The notes beneath the pieces were generated by a model that saw only the letters and a program-made list of their open reading frames with translations, was not told where the DNA came from and did no database searches. Shown here piece by piece: positions 28,813-39,521 of a DNA stretch of 61,854 nt. The stretch comes from an uncultured Clostridia bacterium (GTDB lineage Bacteria > Bacillota > Clostridia > TANB77 > CAG-508): assembly GCA_949118805.1 (NCBI GenBank), contig CASAUJ010000003.1:1-61854 (forward strand), in the 5' to 3' direction. How positions within the stretch are numbered: the first letter of the stretch is position 1; each line of letters opens with the position of its first letter. Made by a program: the position numbers and the translations under genes.

Positions 28813-30066
28813 TTATATTACTCTTCTTGCCCCTATATAATTGCTTGCTGCATAATTAATTGGTACAATACATACTGTTTTTCCTGTTCTTGGTGAGTGA
28901 ATTACTTGCCCTCCTCCTACATAGATAGCTACGTGTCCACTATAAAGAACTAAATCTCCTGCTACTAAATTATTTCTACTTACTGGTGTCCCTACTCCTG
29001 ATTGCCCTCCTGTTGTACGAGGTAAATTAATACCAAAATTTCTATACACATAAGATGTAAATCCTGAACAGTCAAAACCAGTAGCAGGTGTAGAACCACC
29101 ATAAGTATATTTGGTTCCAATAAATTGTTGTGCATATGCTACTACCTCTGCTCCTCTTCCAGACGCAGGTGCTGTTTGCATTGTTTGTTGTACTATTTGC
29201 GTAGTTTCTTGTTTCTTTGTTTTAGTTGTAGATGCTGTTCTTGGTGTTCCTGCACTTCTTGTTGTTTCTTGTTTTCTAGTAGATAATAAAGAAGATGATA
29301 TATATCCTTCTTTTCCATTTACTTTAACTTGACTCCATCCATTTGCTTCTGCCAAAACATCTACTGCTGTATTAATTGGTAAATTAGCTAAAATTTCTGA
29401 TGTTGTATTAGCTTCTTTTCTTAAATTAATACTAGTAGAATTAACATATAAGGTTTTAATCACTGTTTGTGGTGTTGGTTGTTCTACTATTGGTTCTTCT
29501 TTTTTTATCTTTTCTTTTCGAATCCATCCTTTGGTTATTTTTGTTTCTACACACACCCATCCATTTATTACTTCTATTACATTTACTTCTTCGTCTTTTT
29601 TCACTTCAATTGTATCTGTTGCATTTATTACTGGTACAATTTTTAATGTGGTATCTTCTGCTATTTTTTGTTTTCCTAATTCTATGTCATCCTTTGTTTC
29701 TGTTTGTTCGTCCTCTTTATTTTCTTGTGTTGGTTGTTCTTCCTTTTGTTCTACTTCATTTTTTGTCGTTTCATAATTCGTTTTTATTTCTCCAGATACT
29801 GTCAATAAATCTTCTCTTACATATCCTGTCATTCCTTTTGCTTTTACTTTATACCAATTTCCTGTTTTTTCAATTACTTCTATTGTTTCATCCATAGAAA
29901 GTAATTCTAAAATTTTAGCGTTTTCATCTGCTGTTTCCCTAAGGTTTGCTGTTTCTACACTTATTTTACCTGTGTTAGCAGCTAAACTCATGTTTATAAA
30001 AAACAAACTGATCAATCCTACGGCAGCCATCATTACAATGCTTTTTATATTCATTTTACTTTTCAT
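28813..30066 (-). CDS. secreted cell-wall hydrolase: SH3b repeats + C-terminal NlpC/P60 domain
   Basis: Signal peptide and repeated GYVREDLL / GWIRKEKI / GYISSSLL SH3-like units. C-terminal FDCSGFTSYVY...GHVAIYVG...HS is the NlpC/P60 triad. Confidence 0.85.
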   Translation of the reverse strand: MKSKMNIKSIVMMAAVGLISLFFINMSLAANTGKISVETANLRETADENAKILELLSMDETIEVIEKTGNWYKVKAKGMTGYVREDLLTVSGEIKTNYETTKNEVEQKEEQPTQENKEDEQTETKDDIELGKQKIAEDTTLKIVPVINATDTIEVKKDEEVNVIEVINGWVCVETKITKGWIRKEKIKKEEPIVEQPTPQTVIKTLYVNSTSINLRKEANTTSEILANLPINTAVDVLAEANGWSQVKVNGKEGYISSSLLSTRKQETTRSAGTPRTASTTKTKKQETTQIVQQTMQTAPASGRGAEVVAYAQQFIGTKYTYGGSTPATGFDCSGFTSYVYRNFGINLPRTTGGQSGVGTPVSRNNLVAGDLVLYSGHVAIYVGGGQVIHSPRTGKTVCIVPINYAASNYIGARRVI

Positions 30067-30175
30067 TTTTTCTTGCTCCTCACTTTAAAATATATTTTTT
30101 TAATTTGTCACGCCTCTTTATATTATATCCCTAATAGAAAAATTTGTCAAGTTTTTAAAATTTTTCCAGAATGAG

Positions 30176-30204
30176 TTGACAAATACCCTGATTTATAATA
30201 TAAT
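30176..30204 (+). promoter_or_regulatory. putative sigma-A promoter of rplM-rpsI
   Basis: TTGACA-17 nt-TATAAT consensus boxes, followed by a ~100-nt leader. Confidence 0.55.
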
Positions 30205-30313
30205 ATTTTCGCTTATATAGAAATGATGATAAAACTTCTCCCCGGTAGTTTTAAATTCATTCCTTTATAGATAGAAAAACAAAAAAAAAGAAAAATAGGA
30301 GGGTATTGTTATC

Positions 30314-30751
30314 ATGAATAATACTACATATAGTGCAAAACGTGGCGAAGTTGAAAGTAAATGGTATATCATCGACGCAACTAATAAACCACTTGGTAGA
30401 GTAGCAACAGAAGCTGCTAAATTATTAAGAGGAAAACACAAGCCAACATATACACCTAATATTGATACAGGTGATCATGTTATCGTTTTAAATTGTAAAG
30501 ATGTTATTTTAACAGGAAATAAATTGAATCAAAAGGTTTATAGACATCATTCCGGTTATATTGGAGGAATGAAAGAAGTTCCTGCCAAAGTAATGCTTGA
30601 AAAAAATCCAGAAAAAGCTATGACCTTAGCTATCAAAGGTATGTTACCTCATAACTCTTTAGGAAGAGCACAAGCCAAAAAATTAAGAGTTTATGCTGGA
30701 TCAGAACATGAAAATCAAGCACAAAAACCAGAAGTATGGGAGGTAAAATAA
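30314..30751 (+). CDS. rplM: 50S ribosomal protein L13
   Basis: 145 aa. KWYIIDA...LGRVAT...[11 protein letters not shown]. Confidence 0.97.
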   Translation: MNNTTYSAKRGEVESKWYIIDATNKPLGRVATEAAKLLRGKHKPTYTPNIDTGDHVIVLNCKDVILTGNKLNQKVYRHHSGYIGGMKEVPAKVMLEKNPEKAMTLAIKGMLPHNSLGRAQAKKLRVYAGSEHENQAQKPEVWEVK

Positions 30752-30752
30752 G

Positions 30753-31154
30753 ATGGCTAAAAAAGAAAATATTGTTTTTTATGGTACAGGTAGAAGAAAA
30801 AGTTCTGTTTCTAGAGTTCGATTAATAGAAGGTTCTGGAAAAATAACCATTAATGGAAAAGATATTGATGAATTTTTTGGATTAGAAACTTTAAAAGTAA
30901 TCGTTAGACAACCTTTAACTGTTACTAATACTTTAGCAAAATATGATGTAATTGCTACGGTAAAAGGTGGAGGATTTACAGGGCAAGCTGGAGCGATTCG
31001 TCATGGTATTGCAAGAGCTTTAAATGAAGCAAATTCAGAATATAGACCAGCTTTAAAGTCAAGTGGATTTTTAACAAGAGATCCTCGTATGAAAGAAAGA
31101 AAGAAATATGGTCTTAAAAAAGCTCGTAAAGCACCACAATTTTCAAAGAGATAA
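30753..31154 (+). CDS. rpsI: 30S ribosomal protein S9
   Basis: 133 aa. [14 protein letters not shown]...[19 protein letters not shown]...[12 protein letters not shown]. Confidence 0.97.
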   Translation: MAKKENIVFYGTGRRKSSVSRVRLIEGSGKITINGKDIDEFFGLETLKVIVRQPLTVTNTLAKYDVIATVKGGGFTGQAGAIRHGIARALNEANSEYRPALKSSGFLTRDPRMKERKKYGLKKARKAPQFSKR

Positions 31155-31333
31155 AAAAGAGCCCATTTGGGCAAGAGGCGGGAAGCCTATATACAAGTGC
31201 AGTAATCGAAATGGATTACTGCTTTTTTATTATCTTTCTAAAAGTCATTAAAAGCTGATAAAAACTACTGCATAATATACACACAATATACCAATTTAAA
31301 AAGAAAGATATATTCTAATACTTAACTTTCTCA

Positions 31334-31783
31334 TTATTTCCAAAAATATTTTCCCTCTTTCTCTCTATAACAATCTAACTTCAAATAATTCTTCTCTTTC
31401 TGATGATAAAATTGATGAATCATCATTTTATCACTTTCTATGATAAGATTTGATTTCATTAGTTCTTCTTTTGAAAACCACTTATATTCAAATTCTGGAT
31501 CTATTATCTCTTGTTCAGTCTCCATCAATAACTCACAGCAATATAATATACTAGTTGAATTTTTATCATGCATAATTTCTGTTGCAGTACCTAATAATTT
31601 TCTAAATTTTAATTGCAAGCCTAATTCTTCATTAATTTCTCTTTCTATGGCTGTATCTATATGTTCACATTCTTCTATTTTCCCACCTGGTAATCCCCAA
31701 AACCCTACAAAATCTCCTCTTTCTCTTTTTATCAGCAATATTTTATCTTGCTTTACAATGATTCCTATTACTACATTAATCAT
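31334..31783 (-). CDS. Nudix hydrolase
   Basis: GGKIEECEHIDTAIEREINEELGL Nudix box. Start set at the internal ATG (MINVVIG) behind AAAGGAAG; the ORF-track extension runs through a terminator hairpin. Confidence 0.7.
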   Translation of the reverse strand: MINVVIGIIVKQDKILLIKRERGDFVGFWGLPGGKIEECEHIDTAIEREINEELGLQLKFRKLLGTATEIMHDKNSTSILYCCELLMETEQEIIDPEFEYKWFSKEELMKSNLIIESDKMMIHQFYHQKEKNYLKLDCYREKEGKYFWK

Positions 31784-31837
31784 TTCTTTTCTTCTTCCTT
31801 TCTTAATTATGGATGTTTCTCCATCAAAAAAGACAAC

Positions 31838-31867
31838 CTCCCGAAAAGTGCAAGCACATTTCGGGAG
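31838..31867 (-). terminator. terminator hairpin of the upstream orphan gene
   Basis: CTCCCGAAA...TTTCGGGAG stem with a T-run on the minus strand. Confidence 0.55.
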
Positions 31868-31875
31868 ATGCATTA

Positions 31876-32310
31876 CTATTTACTGCTCACTAACTTGTAT
31901 TCTGTCCAGTCAATTCTGACTGTTGTACAGGTGTTATAAATAGGTCCAGTTTCTTGGATCATTCCTATACACCGACCAGAAAACATAATTTTCCATGACC
32001 TTTCGAAAAAACCCTTTTCTTCCTTTTGGAAATAGATTAATCTTCTCGGATCCTCTATCTTCCATACCCCATTCTTACATTCCTGCACCGTGAGTTGTAG
32101 TTCGTCCAAAAAGTCTTTGATCTGTTTTTTTTCTTCTTCCATAAAACCAAATACAAAGACTCCTCTTTCTTTTTCTACTTGAATAAACGGGTCTATAAAA
32201 TATAAGCAGTACTTCTTTCCCAGTTCTGATGAAGTTTCATCTTTTACTTCTTCTGTTGGGATCCCAGCAAGTTCCATTGTTGCTTCCTGTGAGTCATACT
32301 CTACAGACAT
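31876..32310 (-). CDS. hypothetical protein (GC-richer orphan)
   Basis: 144-aa ORF. In-frame CGG at 31972-31974 is read through. Confidence 0.45.
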   Translation of the reverse strand: MSVEYDSQEATMELAGIPTEEVKDETSSELGKKYCLYFIDPFIQVEKERGVFVFGFMEEEKKQIKDFLDELQLTVQECKNGVWKIEDPRRLIYFQKEEKGFFERSWKIMFSGRCIGMIQETGPIYNTCTTVRIDWTEYKLVSSK

Positions 32311-32463
32311 AAATTTTTCCTCCTGTCTACTTGTTGCTGTGTTTTTATGCTACTATTATATATCATTTAACATAAAATTTCAACCATTTTCCATTTATTC
32401 TTTCATAACCCCCCATCCAAAAAAAATTTCAGATGGGGGGTTAGGTGATGTTTCTTATTCAAT

Positions 32464-32832
32464 TCAGATAGGCCAGCTAATTATTAAATGGTCTTCTTCT
32501 ACCCTCCCAATGGTAATACCATTAAGCGTAATATACCATTTGTTTTCACCAGCAATATGGAATTCCATATCAGATTTTATTTTTATACTGACACTATCTG
32601 CCTTTATTGAAAACTTAAATCCGATGTTCTTCAATATTCCATCTACCCATTTTGCCTCTTTGCTCTTTTTCTCCTCAAACAGGTCTAAAAAAAAGCATTC
32701 TCCCACTTGTTTTCTTCTTCTGTATATTGATACCCTACTTAGATAATAAACACTTAAAACATCACCTAGCATAAGATTTACTGGAAACTCCTCAAAGTTT
32801 CCGATTGCTGTCTCTGTTGCCATTAAACCCAT
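32464..32832 (-). CDS. hypothetical protein (GC-richer orphan)
   Basis: 122-aa ORF followed by the hairpin AACCCCCCATC...GATGGGGGGTT. Confidence 0.45.
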   Translation of the reverse strand: MGLMATETAIGNFEEFPVNLMLGDVLSVYYLSRVSIYRRRKQVGECFFLDLFEEKKSKEAKWVDGILKNIGFKFSIKADSVSIKIKSDMEFHIAGENKWYITLNGITIGRVEEDHLIISWPI

Positions 32833-32913
32833 TTGTCTACCTCCGTTTTTGCTCTTTCTACTGGTTTCTTACTTTTTATTTTATCATATTTTACATAATA
32901 TTTCAACTTTTGC

Positions 32914-33634
32914 TTATTCAATAATTTCCAATGCCTCACTTGTACCATTTAGTCCTTCTAAATTATAATAGGTATTTGGTATATTCCCAACAATTACATT
33001 TTCCATTAATAAAACTTGATTGGTAATTTCTCTTGCAATACTATCATATGGAGTTACAATATTGACATTACATTTTACTTGTAAATAGACTCGATGTAAA
33101 GTTTGATTAATTCCTTGTGAAGTAAACTCACTCCTTAAATCAGTTTCTACCTCTCCCTCTGATGATATACTTATTTTAATTCCTGGTCCTTTTCCAGCTA
33201 ATAATTTAAATCCTGTAAAACTTCCGAAGAGCAATTTCAATGTTTTCTCTTCCTCTATTATTAATTTCTTCTTGAATTTTATTAGCCACATCAGAAATAA
33301 TTTCATTGATTGGAATTACATTTGATTTTATCATGGTAACATTCCCATCTTTATCCTTCTCTATCTGGAATAATTCATCATAAGTATGTTCTTTCATGAC
33401 CTTTGTAGCTTGATCATTTGAAACAATAGTAGCAATTGATTTAGCCTTATTTTCACATAAAGTATCGAAAATTGGCAAAACAGCATCTAAGACAATTTTT
33501 ACAGTTGCAAAAGCAATTATTAAAATGACTATCATTGTAGTCATTTTTTTTGCCTTTTTATTTTTCATCCTATTTCTAGTTATCCTAATAAATTTCGGCA
33601 TTCGTATACATTTTCTTGAATAAATTTTATCCAT
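32914..33634 (-). CDS. yunB: sporulation protein YunB; needs a +1 shift at CGG 33224-33226
   Basis: ...RGRENIEIAL|GSFTGFKLLAGKGPGIKISISSEGEVETDLRSEFTSQGINQTLHRVYLQV... matches the YunB core only when the two ORFs (33206-33634, 32914-33306) are joined by skipping the C of CTT-CGG-A. The exact start is uncertain. Confidence 0.8.
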
Positions 33635-35174
33635 ACATAATTCCTGTTTTTACATAACGTGGTATAAACAATTTCTCTCCCACATTAATTTTATTAGCAT
33701 CCTCTATTTCATTTATTCTTACAATATCTTCTATCGTACTTCCATGCTTTTTAGCTATTTTCCATAAAGTATCACCTTTTTTTACAACATGTAAAACTAG
33801 ACTATTGTTTTCTGCTTCTCTTTCTCCATTGGTTTGAATCTCATTCATAATATTTATGTTTGTATTTTGATGCATTTCATAATTCATAACTAAATCAATA
33901 TTACTGGTAACAATTCCTCCTTCTTGTACAATAAAATCTTGATTAGCAATCTCTATTTCTAATCTACTATTTATATTTTCTGTCTCTTCCATTCCTTCTA
34001 TTGCATATTCAAATGGAATTTTTGCATTTCGAACTTCGATTGGTAAAGTTTGGCTTGCTAATACAAAATTGATTTCTAAATTTCCTGTATAAACAATTCG
34101 ATTTACTAAATTATCTTGTTTTTCAATAACTGGATTAATATCCACATCTATTATATTTTTATTTTCCATCCCTTCTATTTCTATTTTTTCTCTTATTTGC
34201 TTTATTTCTTTTCTGTTTTGCTTATTAGTAATTGTATTTATCTTCTTTTTATTAAATTCTAATTTTTCACAAGGACTATATAAATCTTGTATCAAATTAA
34301 TTTGTTTTTCTTCATATACAATAGCAGATACTCCTATTTCAAGTTCTATATAAATGGAATGTTCTTCTGTTGCATTTGGCTTTATTATGATATTTTTAAT
34401 GTCATAATCCAAATCGCATACATTTTCTTCTGTCACATTTGGTAAATCTATAAATCCTACTGTTGGTATCTTAGCTTCTACTGAATTTACTCGATTATCT
34501 TCTGTTAAATACATAATCTTTACTTTTGCTTCTGCCTTTGCTAATATTTTATTGTAACTTACCTTTACATCTTTATCTACCATTCCTATATCTACTTTTA
34601 ATATTTCTGCCAAATTATCAATATTATCAATTGAAATATTATCCTTTGTATAAATTTTATTTTCTCCCATCCCTACTAATGAATTCACTCGTAAATCTTC
34701 TTTTAACAATTGAATTCCTTCTGCATTTTGAATATCATTTACAATTTCAACTTCTTCTTTTGCATAAATTTTAATCTCTACTTCTAAGGTAGCCTTTATT
34801 CCTATTTTTCTCCCATTAATTACTTTGCATTCAATGGCTTTTAGTTTGGTTTGAATGACTGCATCCATACCTTCTTTGCTATTTGGAATTTGAATCATTT
34901 CTGAAAAATCCAAATTTGTGTTAATCCCTCTCATTTTGTCTTGTGAATCATCTGCCAAATACATAATAAATGTATTTATATTTCCATCTAATCTTACTTT
35001 TTCATCCAATACTTCTTTTTTATAAATACATACTACACCACTTGTACAAATTGTATTTAAAATATCTGGCTTTGCATCTGGTACTATCATATCTCCTTCT
35101 ACCATAATAATATCTTTTTTCGTAGCAATTAATTTATTTACACATAGATTTTCGTTTACGGTTTCTAATACCAT
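33627..35174 (-). CDS. SPOCS (DUF3794) repeat protein with C-terminal LysM domain
   Basis: 515 aa. The C-terminal HVVKKGDTLWKIAKKHGSTIEDIVRINEIEDANKINVGEKLFIP is a LysM. The body resembles DUF3794 sporulation proteins. Confidence 0.7.
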   Translation of the reverse strand: MVLETVNENLCVNKLIATKKDIIMVEGDMIVPDAKPDILNTICTSGVVCIYKKEVLDEKVRLDGNINTFIMYLADDSQDKMRGINTNLDFSEMIQIPNSKEGMDAVIQTKLKAIECKVINGRKIGIKATLEVEIKIYAKEEVEIVNDIQNAEGIQLLKEDLRVNSLVGMGENKIYTKDNISIDNIDNLAEILKVDIGMVDKDVKVSYNKILAKAEAKVKIMYLTEDNRVNSVEAKIPTVGFIDLPNVTEENVCDLDYDIKNIIIKPNATEEHSIYIELEIGVSAIVYEEKQINLIQDLYSPCEKLEFNKKKINTITNKQNRKEIKQIREKIEIEGMENKNIIDVDINPVIEKQDNLVNRIVYTGNLEINFVLASQTLPIEVRNAKIPFEYAIEGMEETENINSRLEIEIANQDFIVQEGGIVTSNIDLVMNYEMHQNTNINIMNEIQTNGEREAENNSLVLHVVKKGDTLWKIAKKHGSTIEDIVRINEIEDANKINVGEKLFIPRYVKTGIMYG

Positions 35175-35311
35175 GATTTTCCCTCCTTTTTTATTCTTTA
35201 TATCATATATATGGAAGGAAATTAGAATTTATACCTAAAGGATCTTAGAATTTTCTATTAAAAAAAGAATTTAGATTTTTTCTCTAAACTCTTTTTCTAT
35301 TTATTATAAAA

Positions 35312-35608
35312 TTACAATGTTGTCTTTTTCTTTTTGATTTCTACTGCTGGTGGGATTAATGGAGAATAAGAATTTCCGTCAAATACCTCTACCTCCACAG
35401 CTCTTGTTAATACATCTGTATAACTATAAGTAACATTTCTATCATTTTCCTCATATTTTACAACAAAAATATTAGGATATGCTTTTTCTATTGTAGCTTC
35501 TTTCTCAAAGGCTTTACTTCTTCCTAAAGAACCTTTCACGATTATCTTTTGACCTACTTTTTCTATGATGTCTGTTTTCAGATTTGTAATATCTGTACGA
35601 CAAATCAT
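35312..35608 (-). CDS. veg: Veg protein
   Basis: IKTDIIEKVGQKIIVKGSLGRSKAFEKEATIEKAYPNIFVVKYEENDRNVTYSYTDVLTRAVEV is typical Veg. It is adjacent to yabG as in Bacillus. Confidence 0.85.
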   Translation of the reverse strand: MICRTDITNLKTDIIEKVGQKIIVKGSLGRSKAFEKEATIEKAYPNIFVVKYEENDRNVTYSYTDVLTRAVEVEVFDGNSYSPLIPPAVEIKKKKTTL

Positions 35609-35821
35609 GTAATCACCTTCTCCCTTAAGATGGCTTGATTATAGCATTTTTTGCACATATTGTCAAAAAATAAGAAGAAGTGTCAAATCAACATATCCTT
35701 TTAATATCAACAGTTTCATGAATTTATTATTGTAATTTTACATTTACATTACACTTATATTACATTTGTATTAAATTGGGTTATTTTTATTTTTAAGTTA
35801 AATCTTTTTCTCTCAAAAATT

Positions 35822-36682
35822 TTAAGATTTAGAAATCATTTTACCATTTGCACCAATCCCACTTACACCATTTTTTCCATCTCTTAATTCTTCTGCAATA
35901 TCATCTATTGTAATATATTTATAATTTTCAGTAAAAGCTATTTTTTCTGCAATTACCAACGGATCTAAGAAATCAATTAAAATTCTAGCTGGTGAAGAGG
36001 CAAAATTAGCTCCTGCTGAAATAATTGCTTCGAAATAACTTTGACAGGCACCTGCAAAAATAACGAGATGATTATTGGTTTCTTGGTCATATTTCCTAGC
36101 TTCTTTTACTGTTTGAATAAAATATTTAGAATTTCTATAATTATAAATATTGTGATAATCAGTACCTCTTTTTATCATTCCATCATGTCCTGTTATAACA
36201 AGAATATCTGGCTGATAAGCTTTTAACAAAGAATATACCTCTCGTGGTTGTTTGTATTCAGGTATATTTCTAACAATGGCATTAAGTCCTAATTTTTTAT
36301 AATAGTAATAAGATTTTTGACTGTATTTCTTATCTCCATCTAAGTGCAAAATCTTTCCTGTTACAATTCTTTCTTTGCTTCTGTGTTTTGGTATGACGAT
36401 TCCTATCTTATAATCTTCTGGACTTCTTATTTCTTTCGTTTTTGTTATTTTATGATGCATTCTATCCTGTAAATTTCCCATTTTTTCGTTTATTTTTTGC
36501 TTTTCTACTTTTTCTAAATCCTCTATACTACTATCTGCTTCAACTCTATCCACCAATCCTTTTAAGATGGCGATTTTTTCTTTTTTAGTATTGATCACAT
36601 ATTTTACTACAAATAAAATATCTTTCCCATAAGATTTTCTTGCTACAACATCTCCCTTTTTTATCTTACTCATTTTCTCCAC
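35822..36682 (-). CDS. yabG: sporulation-specific protease YabG
   Basis: 286 aa. GDVVARKSYGKDILF...ILHLDGD...DILVITGHDG...FAGACQS pattern. Confidence 0.85.
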   Translation of the reverse strand: MEKMSKIKKGDVVARKSYGKDILFVVKYVINTKKEKIAILKGLVDRVEADSSIEDLEKVEKQKINEKMGNLQDRMHHKITKTKEIRSPEDYKIGIVIPKHRSKERIVTGKILHLDGDKKYSQKSYYYYKKLGLNAIVRNIPEYKQPREVYSLLKAYQPDILVITGHDGMIKRGTDYHNIYNYRNSKYFIQTVKEARKYDQETNNHLVIFAGACQSYFEAIISAGANFASSPARILIDFLDPLVIAEKIAFTENYKYITIDDIAEELRDGKNGVSGIGANGKMISKS

Positions 36683-36788
36683 CTCTATTTTTGTCTCTTA
36701 TATTTTATGTCTTTTTTTGTCAATTGGTGAATGATAAAATAGAAAAAAGGTACACCCCATAACTGGTAATACCTTTCCCCTGACAAAA

Positions 36789-37307
36789 TCATTTCTTTCT
36801 TAAAATCTCCCATTGAATTCTTTCTACTAAAGTTGCTATAAAGAAAGCATTCGTTGGATTTTCTTTAGAATTCCCAAAAAGTCTTTCGAACTCTCTCAGG
36901 TTTCCCTCTAGCCATGCATCATTTATAACCTTTCTTATTGATTTTTCGACCCTAGAAGCATTGCTTTCATATCCTTTTGCCACTTCCTTATATAATTTTT
37001 TCGTTATAGAATCTAGTAATTTCGGATTTGTTACAGCTAAAACAATTGCTGTTTTTAAATACCGATATCCTTTTAACTTTGCTGGTACTCTTAGTTGCAT
37101 TAAATACTTTGTTGCCAAAAACTCTATTCTTTGCGCATTTTCTTCCTCCTTGTTCTGAATGTTTACTTCTGGTTCTAGCATTACTATTAAACCACTCATT
37201 CTCTGTATCATTTCCCTTAATTCTTTTTTTTCTGGAATTTCTTTTGCTGATAAATCATTCATTTTCCGCATGGTTTCTTTTAATTCTTTGAAAATTTCTT
37301 CTGTCAT
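36789..37307 (-). CDS. stand-alone Spo0A C-terminal (DNA-binding) domain protein, no receiver domain
   Basis: LRVPAKLKGYRYLKTAIVLAVTNPKLLDSITKKLYKEVAKGYESNASRVEKSIRKVINDAW parallels the Spo0A_C helix-turn-helix region. In-frame CGG at 37062-37064 is read through. Confidence 0.65.
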   Translation of the reverse strand: MTEEIFKELKETMRKMNDLSAKEIPEKKELREMIQRMSGLIVMLEPEVNIQNKEEENAQRIEFLATKYLMQLRVPAKLKGYRYLKTAIVLAVTNPKLLDSITKKLYKEVAKGYESNASRVEKSIRKVINDAWLEGNLREFERLFGNSKENPTNAFFIATLVERIQWEILRKK

Positions 37308-37484
37308 TTTTTTCCTCTACTTTCTTTTTCAGATTTTTCTGAGTAAATCGATTTTATACTATCCATAACATAAAGTCAAGTATTGATTTTTACTAAGCAA
37401 AGGAGCAATGTCATAACAGACACCTAGTTTTTCTATCGAAAAAGCCCCCGTATAAGGAGCTTCTCTTTTTTATCATTTTCTTTT

Positions 37485-39032
37485 TTAATGTCTAAAATGT
37501 CTCATCTTTGTAAATACCATTGCGATCCCATACGCATTACATTTATCAATTGAATCTTGATCTTTAATGGATCCTCCTGGCTGAATTATTGCTTTAATTC
37601 CAGCCTTATGTGCTTCTTCTACGCAATCTGAAAATGGAAAAAATGCATCAGAAGCCAATACTGCTCCTTCTGTAATCCCTTTTTCAATTAGTTCTTCTCC
37701 ATGTTCGATTGCTTGTTTAGTTGCCCAAATTCGATTTACTTGTCCTGGTCCAATTCCAATGGATTGTTTTTGCTTACCAATCGCTATTCCATTGGATTTT
37801 ACATATTTTACAATTTTCCATGTGAATAATAAATCTTCCATTTGTTCTGCTGTTGGTTTTGTATCTGTTACTACTTCATATTCCTCTAATAATTTAGCAT
37901 CAATTGTTTGTACAATTGCTCCTCCATTTATTTTTTTAATATCATAAGCCGTTTCTTTTTGTTTCATACGAATGGTTGGAAGTTCTAATATCCTTACATT
38001 TTTCTTTTCTCTTAATAGTTCCAAAGCTTGTGGATCAAAAGAAGGTGCTACAATTACTTCTAAAAATATTTCTTTCATTTCTTCTGCCATCTTTACATTT
38101 ACTTCCTCATTTGCTACTACAATTCCTCCGAAGATAGAAGTTTTATCTGCCTTAAATGCTTTTTGCCAAGCCTCATAGATATTGGTACTACTTCCTACTC
38201 CACATGGATTTCCATGTTTACAAGCAACTACCGTTGGCTCTTCAAATTCTTTTAGCAATTCTAATGCTCCATTGGTATCATTGATATTATTAAATGATAA
38301 TTCTTTTCCATTTAATTGTTTTGCTGTCGTTAAAGAACCTTCACATTTTCCAATCTCTTTATATAAAGCTGCTTTTTGATGAGGATTTTCTCCATATCGC
38401 ATATCTTGTACTTTTTCATAAGTCAATGTTAGTTTTTCTGGCAAGTTTTCATCTCCTCGTTGCTCTTTTATGTAATTTGCTATCATAGCATCATAATTTG
38501 CAGTATGTTCAAATACAGCTTGCATTAATCTAAATTTTGTATCTTTTGATACTTCTCCTTTTTCTTCTAGTTCTTTTAATACAGTTTCATAATCCTCTGG
38601 ATTGGTGATTACTGTCACATCTTGATAATTTTTAGCTGCACTACGAAGCATAGTAGGGCCACCTATATCAATGTTTTCTATACATTCTTCTAAACTTACC
38701 CCATCTTTTAAAATCGTTTGTTTAAATGGATATAAATTTACTACAACAAAATCTATCGTATCTATTTTTAATTCTTCTAATTGTCTTCTATGTTCTGTTT
38801 TATCTCTCCTTGCTAAAATTCCTGCATGTACAATTGGATGAAGTGTTTTTACTCTTCCATCTAAACATTCTGGAAATCCTGTTAATTCAGATATTTCCAT
38901 TACTTTTATACCTTCTTCCTTTAGTTTCTGATAAGTTCCTCCTGTGGATACAATTTCTACTCCTTGCTTTTCTAATCTTTTCGCAAATTCTACAATTCCT
39001 GTTTTGTCTGATACACTAATTAATGCTTTCAT
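37485..39032 (-). CDS. purH: bifunctional AICAR transformylase / IMP cyclohydrolase
   Basis: 515 aa. [17 protein letters not shown]...[11 protein letters not shown]...C-terminal KMRHFRH. Confidence 0.97.
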   Translation of the reverse strand: MKALISVSDKTGIVEFAKRLEKQGVEIVSTGGTYQKLKEEGIKVMEISELTGFPECLDGRVKTLHPIVHAGILARRDKTEHRRQLEELKIDTIDFVVVNLYPFKQTILKDGVSLEECIENIDIGGPTMLRSAAKNYQDVTVITNPEDYETVLKELEEKGEVSKDTKFRLMQAVFEHTANYDAMIANYIKEQRGDENLPEKLTLTYEKVQDMRYGENPHQKAALYKEIGKCEGSLTTAKQLNGKELSFNNINDTNGALELLKEFEEPTVVACKHGNPCGVGSSTNIYEAWQKAFKADKTSIFGGIVVANEEVNVKMAEEMKEIFLEVIVAPSFDPQALELLREKKNVRILELPTIRMKQKETAYDIKKINGGAIVQTIDAKLLEEYEVVTDTKPTAEQMEDLLFTWKIVKYVKSNGIAIGKQKQSIGIGPGQVNRIWATKQAIEHGEELIEKGITEGAVLASDAFFPFSDCVEEAHKAGIKAIIQPGGSIKDQDSIDKCNAYGIAMVFTKMRHFRH

Positions 39033-39306
39033 AATTTTTCTCCTCTCCTCCTACCTATGTTGGTATTATACTACATTATTTCTTGCAGTTCAAGTAATTT
39101 AAAAGATTCGCCCATTTGTTTTTTCCTTTTTCATTCCATTATTTAGGAAATATTTAAATTTCTCTTGTTTTTATTCTTAAAAAGTGTTATACTAGTATCG
39201 TCTTTTAAGAGACAATGGATGAATTTATTTTTAGACTATTTCCCTTCTTTTTATAGATTGGTTAGTAAAAATTTAATTCAAATCTAAAATAAAGGAGGAT
39301 TTTATA

Positions 39307-39477
39307 ATGGAAAACAATTACGAAGATATTACTCTTACTTGTAAAGATTGTGGTGCTGAATTTGTATTTACTGCTGGAGAACAAGCTTTTTATGCAGAAA
39401 AAGGTTTTGAAAATCAACCAGTTCGCTGTGCTGATTGTAGAAGAGCAAGAAAACAACAAAGAAACAACAATGCTTAA
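39307..39477 (+). CDS. small zinc-ribbon protein
   Basis: MENNYEDITLTCKDCGAEFVFTAGEQAFYAEKGFENQPVRCADCRRARKQQRNNNA with an AAAGGAGGA RBS. Found by hand; the ORF-track minus-strand ORF 39262-39459 is its antisense. Confidence 0.6.
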   Translation: MENNYEDITLTCKDCGAEFVFTAGEQAFYAEKGFENQPVRCADCRRARKQQRNNNA

Positions 39478-39483
39478 TTTTAC

Positions 39484-39521
39484 AAAATGAGGATTTAGGA
39501 ACTATCCTAAATCCTCATTTT
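39484..39521. terminator. bidirectional terminator hairpin
   Basis: AAAATGAGGATTTAGGA-ACTA-TCCTAAATCCTCATTTT. It contains the stop codon of the spoIIID 3' segment. Confidence 0.7.

Noticed and set aside
29469-29897. Leu/Phe-rich 142-aa plus-strand ORF, and many similar ones (e.g. 1362-1634, 12248-12604, 37028-37291, 38726-39019, 60138-60398)
   Set aside because: They are antisense shadows of well-supported minus-strand genes in an AT-rich genome. They are low-complexity, have no RBS and match no family.
39262-39459. 65-aa minus-strand ORF in the purH-spoIIID intergenic region
   Set aside because: It is a Phe/Ser/Ile-rich antisense translation of a plus-strand 56-aa zinc-ribbon gene (39307-39477). 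That gene has a strong AAAGGAGGA RBS and CxxC...CxxC motifs.
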